Made by a program: the position numbers and the translations under genes
Source of the DNA: an uncultured Bacilli bacterium
GTDB lineage: Bacteria; Bacillota_I; Bacilli_A; RF39; UBA660
DNA: 64,000 bases
Direction: 5' to 3'
NCBI GenBank assembly: GCA_947588685.1
Contig: CANPYM010000005.1
Coordinates: forward strand, 298-64,297
The notes under the pieces: model-generated
What the model was told of the DNA's origin: nothing
What the model saw: only the letters and a program-made list of their open reading frames with translations
Database searches by the model: none
In this document: positions 26,542 to 34,719 of the stretch, piece after piece
Position numbering within the stretch: the first letter of the stretch is position 1
How the letters are laid out: each line of letters opens with the position of its first letter

Positions 26542-28149
26542 ATGAAAAATAAAAAGATTTTTAGAAGAATTGTTTTGCCAATTTTAGTAACACTTATTTT
26601 AGGTGCTTTATTATATTATGTCTTTTTGCCACCTATCAATATTCACAGCTTTGGTTTTTGGAGTTTTCTAGTAACTTTAATCGTTATTCATATGTTAACA
26701 TCTTTTTTAGCTAGTTATTCAAAGAAGATTATTGTTAATGTTAAGGATGTTCCTAAAACGTTTAGTGTTAGTACTATTTTAATTATAGCGATTATTGTCA
26801 TTGGACCAATTGTCAATGTTTGTGTCTCACCACTATTTAATTCCAAGAGTTATGCTCGCCGGATAACCATTAATGAGGATACGGAGTTTGAAGATGATGT
26901 CAAAGAGGTTGACTTCAGTAAAATACCTCTTCTTGATAAAGATTCAAGTCAAAAATTAGGGGACCGGGTTATGGGTGAAATGCCAGAGTTAGTTTCGCAA
27001 TTTGATGTATCTGACCTTTATACACAAATAAACTATAATGATGAAATTATGCGGGTTACACCTCTTGAATATTCCGGCATTATTAAATATTTTTCTAATC
27101 GTAAAAATGGTGTTAAAGGATACATTACGGTTAATTCTGTAAATGGTAAAGCCGAATTAGTTAAGTTAGAAAAAGGTATGAGATATATGCCAAGCGCAAT
27201 GTTTAATGAAAATTTAAATCGTAAATTGCGCTTTAGCTATCCAACGGAAATATTTGGTGAAGCATCATTTGAAATTGATAATGATGGTAAACCATACTGG
27301 ATTGTCCCAACTCTTTCTTATTCTGGAGTTGGTATGAAAGAAAAAGTCACGGGCATTATTGCTTTAGATCCAATTACCGGTCACAGCAAGAAATATGCCT
27401 TAGATGAAGTTCCTAGTTGGGTAGATCACGTGTATAGTGCTTATTTAATTATTGAACAAGTTGATGACTGGGGTCAATATCGTGGTGGTTTCTGGAACTC
27501 TATTTTTGGTCAAAAGAATGTGGTTGCGACAACTGAAGGCTATAATTATCTAGTTATGGATGATGATGTTTATTTGTACACAGGTATTACATCAACCTTG
27601 GCTGATGAATCCAATATTGGCTTTATCTTAACCAATATGCGAACCAAAGAAACGCATTACTATGCCGTACCGGGGGCTGAAGAGTATTCGGCTATGGGTA
27701 GTGCGGAAGGACAAGTTCAACAGATGTCATACATTGCTACTTTCCCATTACTTATCAATTTAAAGGGTAAACCAACCTATCTTGTCTCTTTAAAAGATAA
27801 TGCTGGTTTAGTTAAGATGTATGCCTTCATCGATGTTCAAGACTATCAAAATGTCGTTGTTACAGATTATAAAGAAGGCATTGAAAAAGCTGCTGAAAAC
27901 TACTTAAATAATTTTAAAGGCGAAAAAAATACTGATAGTGATAAAGAAGCTAAAGTTACGATTACTAATCTAAAAGAAGTCACTATCGATGGTAATACCT
28001 ATTATTATTTTGAAAGTGGCGAGGATAAGTACCGCGTATCTATTAAAGTAAATCCATCTCTTTTACCATTCATTAAAGATGGCGATGAAGTTAATATCTT
28101 CTACACAGAAGGTAATGTAAGAGAAATTAGTAAGATTGAGATAGTTTAA
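26542..28149 (+). CDS. hypothetical membrane protein with large extracytoplasmic domain
   Basis: The ATG at 26524 lies inside the -10 box (TGcTATAAT 26517-25), so the start is moved to 26542 behind RBS ggaggag. Three N-terminal hydrophobic helices precede a roughly 430-aa soluble region. No family recognised. Confidence 0.65.
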   Translation: MKNKKIFRRIVLPILVTLILGALLYYVFLPPINIHSFGFWSFLVTLIVIHMLTSFLASYSKKIIVNVKDVPKTFSVSTILIIAIIVIGPIVNVCVSPLFNSKSYARRITINEDTEFEDDVKEVDFSKIPLLDKDSSQKLGDRVMGEMPELVSQFDVSDLYTQINYNDEIMRVTPLEYSGIIKYFSNRKNGVKGYITVNSVNGKAELVKLEKGMRYMPSAMFNENLNRKLRFSYPTEIFGEASFEIDNDGKPYWIVPTLSYSGVGMKEKVTGIIALDPITGHSKKYALDEVPSWVDHVYSAYLIIEQVDDWGQYRGGFWNSIFGQKNVVATTEGYNYLVMDDDVYLYTGITSTLADESNIGFILTNMRTKETHYYAVPGAEEYSAMGSAEGQVQQMSYIATFPLLINLKGKPTYLVSLKDNAGLVKMYAFIDVQDYQNVVVTDYKEGIEKAAENYLNNFKGEKNTDSDKEAKVTITNLKEVTIDGNTYYYFESGEDKYRVSIKVNPSLLPFIKDGDEVNIFYTEGNVREISKIEIV

Positions 28150-28211
28150 AACTATCTTTTCTTTTCGTTAAAAATGCGTTATAATAATTAGCAACATTTT
28201 GAGGTGATAAT

Positions 28212-29741
28212 ATGTTAAAGTTTCGTGATTTTTACTTAGGAGGCAAAAAAGAAGCACTTGTCTTATTTAAAAAATCATATGAAGATATAGCTGATATTAC
28301 AAATGCTAATGGCTATAAATTAATGTTACGAAAGGAAGTTGGCAAACGTTTCCTTTTAGATGATACATCAACACATCAAGGCTATGCCTTATGTACGATG
28401 GGTCCTTTTCAAGGTGTCCCATTCATTGCTGGTCTTGTTTTAATCGATTTATCTGATGACCATAAAGACTTAGATGTTACGGTTGAGTTTACTGAGACTA
28501 TACCATATGATATACCAAAATCGGAGCATATTAAATTATTAGCGAGTGATTTAGGTTATATGGCTAATGAATTGGGTTGTTATTTTTATGATGCTGAAAG
28601 GATTCATTTACATCTTTTAAATGATATTCCATTTAATAAAAAGGCTGTTGAATTAAAACCGAAAATGAAGGTTGCTGGGGTTAAAAAGAATTATGTTATC
28701 CCAAATCCTTATCATACTTATATGCCTCTTTTAGTAAAAGAAATGGATGCCTTTGATAGTTATTATCAAGGTGGCGTTAAAGTCTTTAAAAGGGTAGATC
28801 AAAATGTGTTAAGTCAGTCTAATGCTATATCGGATGCAACAATTGAAGAATATAGACAAGGCCTTGTTCCTAATAGTGAAATATTTAATGATGTTACTAG
28901 TGTGGTCTTTGATAAAGAATATGGTGATAGACCAGCTAATATTATTTTTACAAGTAATGGTGAAGTTGTCTATAATCATTATAAAAGAGTTGCTGATGAA
29001 TTAAATGATGGCGATTATCAGACAATTGATACGCATATCTACTCTAGAATATTGGAAGATGATGTGACTGTTCAAATATCTAGTACCGGTCATGGCGAGC
29101 TTGCAATGTTTGAAACGGCTTCAACACCTATTAAAAAGACGAAGAGAGGACTTGAGTTAGAAACAGATTATTTCCCTGATGGTGATGATGCTATTGTTAA
29201 TTTTACGTATGATGCGAAGACGGGTAATCGGTTTTACCGCGGACGAGCTCGTTGTGGCTTTAGTACTTTCTCAACAGAAGTTTGCTATCAAGTTGACTCT
29301 GATGGTCAAATTAAAAGCTGCAATGTTGACTTTAATGATCATAAAGAGTTTGAAACTAGACAAGAACGGGTTCGGGGTAGTTATATGTTAAGAATTAAAC
29401 CGGATAGCGTTAAGTTATTCTATGCGCATCGTCGGGGTCAACATGATGTGTTTGATACAAGCTCTATTACACCTTTATTAAGTGCTGAAGGCGTAATAAC
29501 CGCATCGATGATTGATGGTATTATTGCTAAAGCTATAGAGATTATCAACGAAAGAGAAAACGGTTATGTTATATTAGATCACCCATCAATTTTAAAACTT
29601 GATACGATAACGGCATCTATTACAAGAATTAACGATATTCTTAGTGATTTAAGAGCTAACTTACCAGAATCACACTTAAAAGATGTATTAGATAAAACAT
29701 CTTATGAATTAGAACCAGGAAAGAAGAAAACGTATAATTAA
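28212..29741 (+). CDS. hypothetical protein, paralog A (509 aa)
   Basis: RBS gaggtga. Shares MxKFR(D/N)F, QGY, DL(D/E)V.(V/L)EFTE, G(S/T)YMLRI and overall length with the 29963 gene. Confidence 0.7.
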   Translation: MLKFRDFYLGGKKEALVLFKKSYEDIADITNANGYKLMLRKEVGKRFLLDDTSTHQGYALCTMGPFQGVPFIAGLVLIDLSDDHKDLDVTVEFTETIPYDIPKSEHIKLLASDLGYMANELGCYFYDAERIHLHLLNDIPFNKKAVELKPKMKVAGVKKNYVIPNPYHTYMPLLVKEMDAFDSYYQGGVKVFKRVDQNVLSQSNAISDATIEEYRQGLVPNSEIFNDVTSVVFDKEYGDRPANIIFTSNGEVVYNHYKRVADELNDGDYQTIDTHIYSRILEDDVTVQISSTGHGELAMFETASTPIKKTKRGLELETDYFPDGDDAIVNFTYDAKTGNRFYRGRARCGFSTFSTEVCYQVDSDGQIKSCNVDFNDHKEFETRQERVRGSYMLRIKPDSVKLFYAHRRGQHDVFDTSSITPLLSAEGVITASMIDGIIAKAIEIINERENGYVILDHPSILKLDTITASITRINDILSDLRANLPESHLKDVLDKTSYELEPGKKKTYN

Positions 29742-29765
29742 GACGTTTTCTTTTATTTTTAAATG

Positions 29766-29774
29766 TGTTATAAT
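29766..29774 (+). promoter_or_regulatory. extended -10 promoter (TGtTATAAT) for tRNA-Gln
   Basis: TG at 29766-67 and TATAAT at 29769-74, about 22 nt before the tRNA 5' end. Confidence 0.5.
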
Positions 29775-29795
29775 GATAGTGCTTATGTGTTATCT

Positions 29796-29870
29796 TGCCC
29801 AATAGCCAAGCGGTAAGGCAGTGGACTCTGACTCCACGATGCGTTAGTTCGAATCTAACTTGGGCAGCCA
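29796..29870 (+). tRNA. tRNA-Gln (anticodon CUG), CCA encoded
   Basis: Acceptor stem tgcccaa/ttgggca, D-loop agccaagcggtaag, anticodon stem gtgga/tccac with loop cuCUGac, T-arm gttcgaatc, 3' gCCA. Confidence 0.9.
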
Positions 29871-29878
29871 AGGCTTAT

Positions 29879-29905
29879 AAATACTAGTTTACTAGTATTT
29901 TTTCT
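29879..29905 (+). terminator. intrinsic terminator after tRNA-Gln
   Basis: aaatactag / ctagtattt hairpin followed by a T-run. Confidence 0.65.
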
Positions 29906-29962
29906 TTGCTTTTTTATAGTAAAAGTGCTATCATAGTGATATTGTTTATTCAGGAGGTCGCT

Positions 29963-31420
29963 ATGATCAAATTTAGAAATTTTAGTATTGATGAATTACG
30001 ATTTGTAAAATATGCTGATTGGTGTAATGAATATTTTAAAGGATGCCATCATGAGATAAAACTATTACCAATGGTTAGAAATGCTTCTAAACTTTATAGT
30101 GAAGAATCAGAAGAACAAGGATATGTTATTGGTTTAAATGATGTCGGTATGGATATTATTGGTCTTGCCAGAATTGGGACTTCTGCTAGTGAAGAAGATT
30201 TAGAAGTAGCATTAGAGTTTACTGAAGGCGATACCGATACAAGAAGATATTGGGTTCAAAAAATTATTCATAGTCTTGAAGCTTTAAATTATGATAAGAA
30301 GAAAATTTATGTTTCTATTTATAATAGGGATGTTAAGCTTAATAATGTCTTCTTTAAAAGATGCCAATCTTCTCCTAGAACGCTTGATTATGTAAAAAGC
30401 AATGATAGTTATCCGGTGATGATGCGTATTATTAACGAAATGCAAAGTTATGAAGAGGCCCTAACCCAAACGGGGCGTTATTGGGTGGAATATGCATCTT
30501 TAAGACCTAATTATCGTGATGATATGACACTTAATCAAGCTCTTTTAAAGCATGATATTCCAAGTGATGATATTTTCACTTATGCTGATAAAGTGGCTTG
30601 GAAAGATATTAAAGGTAGTGGTAAGTATACTGATCATATCGGTTTTAAAGCTGATGGTACAGTCGTTTATCGTCGGTGCCTTCGCAGTTTAAAAGAACCA
30701 ACGGCCTATACAACTTTCAGTTTAAAATATAATGTTGCCAGTTCTTGCTTTGGTTTAAAAGCTTTTAGTTCCAATAAAAATGGTAAAACTAGATTTACAA
30801 CCAATAGCGATGTTAGAAATGGTTACATTTTAGCTGATACTTATGTAGATGATAACTTACATATCGCATCTAAAAAGATTGGTTCAAATGATGCGATGAG
30901 GACTTTTACAAGTGTCAGTACTGGAGTTGATACTAAGACATCTATTGCTTTAGCTTTTAAAGAAAATGGTACATTTGACTATTGTTATGTTGATTTTGAT
31001 TCTTATAGTAATCGTCGTCATCAAAACAAAAGATTAGTTAATGGTACTTATATGTTAAGAATTAGAAGATGGGGACGTAACGCTATTAAGGCTAATTTTT
31101 ATTTCACTAAGCGCGATGGCAAGCATGAGTCTTTATTTACCAATCCTGATGCTGAAATACCATTTGATGATTTAACATCACTTCCTTTACTTCAAAGAAT
31201 GATTGATGAAGTTCTTGCGATTGTTAATCGCCGGGAAAGCGCTAAGGGTTATAATTATACAAGACCAATGTCGCTTAGAAAAATGCTTAAAGTAGCTAAC
31301 CGGGTTGATGAGGTAACAACATCTATTCAAACAAATATAGCTGGTCCATATATTAAGGATAGTATGGATGAACAACAAATTGTGGCTGATAGTATTAAAG
31401 AGAAAATTTTAAAAGTGTAG
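29963..31420 (+). CDS. hypothetical protein, paralog B (485 aa)
   Basis: Start moved to ATG 29963 behind RBS caggagg. See paralog A for the shared blocks. Confidence 0.7.
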   Translation: MIKFRNFSIDELRFVKYADWCNEYFKGCHHEIKLLPMVRNASKLYSEESEEQGYVIGLNDVGMDIIGLARIGTSASEEDLEVALEFTEGDTDTRRYWVQKIIHSLEALNYDKKKIYVSIYNRDVKLNNVFFKRCQSSPRTLDYVKSNDSYPVMMRIINEMQSYEEALTQTGRYWVEYASLRPNYRDDMTLNQALLKHDIPSDDIFTYADKVAWKDIKGSGKYTDHIGFKADGTVVYRRCLRSLKEPTAYTTFSLKYNVASSCFGLKAFSSNKNGKTRFTTNSDVRNGYILADTYVDDNLHIASKKIGSNDAMRTFTSVSTGVDTKTSIALAFKENGTFDYCYVDFDSYSNRRHQNKRLVNGTYMLRIRRWGRNAIKANFYFTKRDGKHESLFTNPDAEIPFDDLTSLPLLQRMIDEVLAIVNRRESAKGYNYTRPMSLRKMLKVANRVDEVTTSIQTNIAGPYIKDSMDEQQIVADSIKEKILKV

Positions 31421-31462
31421 TTAATATACACTTTTTTTGTTATAATAAAGATGGGTGATAGA

Positions 31463-32359
31463 ATGCGATATATTATAATAGAAATAGGATCAACCAATAC
31501 TAAAGCCTCATTATATGATAACGGGGTTATAACAGACTTGGGTTATGAGACTATTGAGTTTAAAAATCATTATAAAAAAGAAGGCCACATTAGCTTTGAA
31601 GATAAAGAAGCATTATTTAACTATATTGCTAAATTAAAAGATATTGATGAACATATCTATGTATATGGAACAAGTATTTTTAGAAACTTAAAAGATGAAG
31701 AACAAATAGCTTGGCAAAAAGAGTTTAATGATGTGACTAATCTTACTTTTAATGTTGTCTCACCTGATGAAGAAAATGAATATACGGTCTATGGCGCTAT
31801 CAGTGAAATTACCACGGATGATGTTATTGCCGTTATGATTGGTGGTGGCGGTTCAACGGAACTAGCCCTTGTTCAAAATAAAAAAATTATTGAAAAAATT
31901 AATTATCCTTTTGGAGCGATGGACGTTTCTGATGCCTATCCTGATTTAAGAGGGGATAAAGCTACAACTCCTTTAGATAAGATGTTAAAAGAAACCAAAA
32001 AAGAAATGGAAGTGCCACAACATAAAGCCGATCTTTTAATTTTGGCGGGCGGGGATTATATTATGTTTTATGAAACCCTAAATTATCCTGTTTCTAAAAA
32101 CACTTTTTATGAAGATGTGAAAGCTCCTTATATGCTAGATACAAAAACGATGTGCTCTTTAGATAATAACTTTTTATATGAATTATCTTTAGAGAAAATA
32201 ATTGCCGAAAATGGTAGTGATGGTTGGTGGAGAGGCGCTAGAGGAATGCGGATATGTGTTCAATCTTTATGTGACCTATTAGATACTAAATATATCATTC
32301 CAACAAGAATTAATATGCTATATGGTATTATTGAAAAAATAAATGGAAAAGAGTCTTAA
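31463..32359 (+). CDS. ASKHA-fold (Ppx/GppA-like) phosphatase/kinase family protein
   Basis: IIIEIGSTNTKASLYD (phosphate-1 motif) and VMIGGGGSTELALV (phosphate-2 motif). The ATG at 31451 is too close to the -10 (TGTTATAAT 31438-46), so the start is set at 31463. Confidence 0.6.
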   Translation: MRYIIIEIGSTNTKASLYDNGVITDLGYETIEFKNHYKKEGHISFEDKEALFNYIAKLKDIDEHIYVYGTSIFRNLKDEEQIAWQKEFNDVTNLTFNVVSPDEENEYTVYGAISEITTDDVIAVMIGGGGSTELALVQNKKIIEKINYPFGAMDVSDAYPDLRGDKATTPLDKMLKETKKEMEVPQHKADLLILAGGDYIMFYETLNYPVSKNTFYEDVKAPYMLDTKTMCSLDNNFLYELSLEKIIAENGSDGWWRGARGMRICVQSLCDLLDTKYIIPTRINMLYGIIEKINGKES

Positions 32360-32443
32360 CTCTTTTTTTATCTCACCAAAAACTCTTCAAAATTACACAA
32401 ATATTTCACAAAAATATATTAAGATGAACTGGTGAGGTGAACT

Positions 32444-34021
32444 ATGTATATTATAAAGAATGCCTTTATTAGTATTTTTCGTAATAAAGGAAGAAATATT
32501 TTAGTAGGTATTATTATTATGGTTATCGCATCATCTTGTGCGATAACGCTAGCTATTAGATCATCAGCGGATAAGATTGTCACATCGTATGAAAATAAGT
32601 ATCCAGTTACCGTTACAATTGGGATGAACCGCGCTAATCTAACGAAATCATTTAAAGAAAATGCCTCTTCCCAAGAAGAGATGATTGAAAACTTCAATGA
32701 AATTGAACCTTTAACCATTGAAGATATTGAAACTTTTGGTGATAGTGATTATGTATCAAAATATAACTATACCTATAGTGTCAGTTTAAATGGTAAGGAT
32801 ATTGAAGAAGCGACCGATAGTTTAGTAAAAGAAACAACGACAACGAAAACAGAGACCGAAACAAAGACAGAAACCTTTACTAATCCGGCGCCATCAAGAG
32901 GCGATCATATGCCACCTTTTGGTGGGGATAATGGTGGTAGTACGGAGACAAAAAAGAGTACAACCCAAAGAAAAACGACGACAACCCAAGTTGAAAATAT
33001 CCGTAATGAACGAGCTAGTAAGGGTGTCTTTACTTTACAAGGTTATAACTCTTATGAAGCGATGAGTGAGTTTATTAGTGGTAATTATACCATTACTGAT
33101 GGTGAGGTTAGTAGTGATTTTACTAGTAATAATTGTGTTATTAGTGAAGAATTAGCTACCTTAAATGAATTAAAAGTAGGGGATACAATTACATTAGTAA
33201 GCCCCGATGATGAAAGAATTACTTATGATTTAAATATAACTGGTATTTATAAAGAAAATACAGAAGAAGCAAGTGATATGCGAAGTATGTTTTCTAACTC
33301 TGTTAATACTATCATCACGAATGTAACGACTGTTAAAGATGTTGTAAGTAAAGATGAAGATTTTAATCCGACAGTTAGTCCAACTTATATTTTAAAAGAT
33401 AAAGATGATATTGAGGCCTTTGAAAAGGAAGTTACAGACAAAGGCTTAAGTGAATATTATATGTTAAGTGACAATATCGAGACGATTGAAAATGCCACTA
33501 AATCAATTATAAGTGTCAAATCATTTGCGACGACATTCCTTATTATTACCCTTATTATTGGGGCCGTTGTCCTACTTGTTATCAATATGATTAACATTAG
33601 AGAACGTAAATATGAGATTGGCGTTTTACGGACGATTGGCATGCGTAAGTCACTAGTAAGTTTACAGTTTATGTTTGAATTATTAGTTGTATGTATTGTC
33701 TTCCTATTAATCGGAGCCGGTATTGGCGGTTTAACTAGTGTTAAAGTTTCTAATAAGTTATTGGCTAATGAAATTGCTAATGCTGAAACAGATATGGATG
33801 CTATCAACGATAACTTTGGTGGTAAAATGCGTGATTTCCGTCCTGAAGAGATGGGTATAACGCAGTTAGAGACAATTGAGACAATGGATGCCATTGTCGA
33901 TGTTAAAGTTTTAGGTGAGCTACTTCTAATCGGAGCTGGTCTTACCATCGTTGGCAGTATCGCTAGTATGGTTAGTATATCTCGTTTCTCACCACTTACA
34001 ATATTAAAGGAGCGTAGTTAA
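32444..34021 (+). CDS. ABC transporter permease, FtsX/MacB type
   Basis: N-terminal TM helix, a large extracytoplasmic domain with a Thr-rich linker, and a C-terminal FtsX 3-4 TM bundle (RERKYEIGVLRTIGM motif). Confidence 0.8.
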   Translation: MYIIKNAFISIFRNKGRNILVGIIIMVIASSCAITLAIRSSADKIVTSYENKYPVTVTIGMNRANLTKSFKENASSQEEMIENFNEIEPLTIEDIETFGDSDYVSKYNYTYSVSLNGKDIEEATDSLVKETTTTKTETETKTETFTNPAPSRGDHMPPFGGDNGGSTETKKSTTQRKTTTTQVENIRNERASKGVFTLQGYNSYEAMSEFISGNYTITDGEVSSDFTSNNCVISEELATLNELKVGDTITLVSPDDERITYDLNITGIYKENTEEASDMRSMFSNSVNTIITNVTTVKDVVSKDEDFNPTVSPTYILKDKDDIEAFEKEVTDKGLSEYYMLSDNIETIENATKSIISVKSFATTFLIITLIIGAVVLLVINMINIRERKYEIGVLRTIGMRKSLVSLQFMFELLVVCIVFLLIGAGIGGLTSVKVSNKLLANEIANAETDMDAINDNFGGKMRDFRPEEMGITQLETIETMDAIVDVKVLGELLLIGAGLTIVGSIASMVSISRFSPLTILKERS

Positions 34022-34022
34022 G

Positions 34023-34703
34023 ATGAATAAAAAAGCTAACGTTGTTTTAAGATTAGAAGATGTCTCATATCGCTATAAAGATGCTAAAAAAGATGAATAT
34101 GTCTTTAAAGGCCTTTCCTATGCGTTTGAAGAAGGTAAAGTATACGCTATTAAGGGTAAAAGTGGTAGCGGTAAAACAACTTTGTTATCCCTTATCAGTG
34201 GTTTAGAAAAAGGGTATACGGGTAAGATCTATTATCGTGATAAAGATTTAAGTAAAGTAAAACTAGATAAATATCGTAATTCTGATATTGGAATTGTCTT
34301 TCAAAGTTATAATCTTCTTGTGCATTTAACAGCAGGGGAAAACATTTTACTATCAATGAATATCAATGGTATGAAAGAGCATCATAAAAAAGAATATGTC
34401 AATTCTTTACTAGAACAAGTAGGTCTTACTAAGGAACACGCTAAAAGAAGAGTTTTAAAATTATCAGGTGGTGAACAACAAAGAGTTGCTATTGCTCGTA
34501 GCTTGTCATATCATCCCGATATCATTTTAGCTGATGAACCAACCGGAAACTTGGATAAAGAAACCGAGGATGATATTCTTAAAATCTTTAAAGATTTAGC
34601 CCATAAAGAAAATAAATGCGTCATTATTGTAACGCATTCAGATAATGTTGTTAAAGCATCAGATGAAGTATTTGAGTTAAAAAGTACAAAGAAAAAGGAT
34701 TAA
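34023..34703 (+). CDS. ABC transporter ATP-binding protein (MacB/LolD-like)
   Basis: Walker A GKSGSGKTT, signature LSGGEQQR, Walker B ILADEPTGNLD, H-loop VTHS. Confidence 0.9.
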   Translation: MNKKANVVLRLEDVSYRYKDAKKDEYVFKGLSYAFEEGKVYAIKGKSGSGKTTLLSLISGLEKGYTGKIYYRDKDLSKVKLDKYRNSDIGIVFQSYNLLVHLTAGENILLSMNINGMKEHHKKEYVNSLLEQVGLTKEHAKRRVLKLSGGEQQRVAIARSLSYHPDIILADEPTGNLDKETEDDILKIFKDLAHKENKCVIIVTHSDNVVKASDEVFELKSTKKKD

Positions 34704-34719
34704 TAATTAATCCTTTTTT
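34692..34719. terminator. bidirectional intrinsic terminator between convergent genes
   Basis: 12-bp hairpin aaaaaggattaa / ttaatccttttt flanked by A/T runs. It overlaps both stop codons. Confidence 0.7.

Noticed and set aside
32820-33000. Repetitive ACx-rich stretch encoding TTTTKTETETKTETF…TTQRKTTTTQ.
   Set aside because: It is in frame within the permease's extracytoplasmic domain. It is a low-complexity Thr-rich linker rather than a DNA repeat element.
33457-33948. 163-aa antisense ORF inside the FtsX permease gene. Similar antisense ORFs occur at 14310, 18528, 21124, 24023, 31187, 32419, 36220 (same-strand, alternate frame within the LCP gene), 39279, 42479, 44877, 47624, 56467, 60318, 61806, 62307 and 62568.
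   Set aside because: Each lies wholly within a longer ORF that has recognisable family motifs. None has its own RBS or promoter, and long stop-free antisense frames are common in AT-rich genes.
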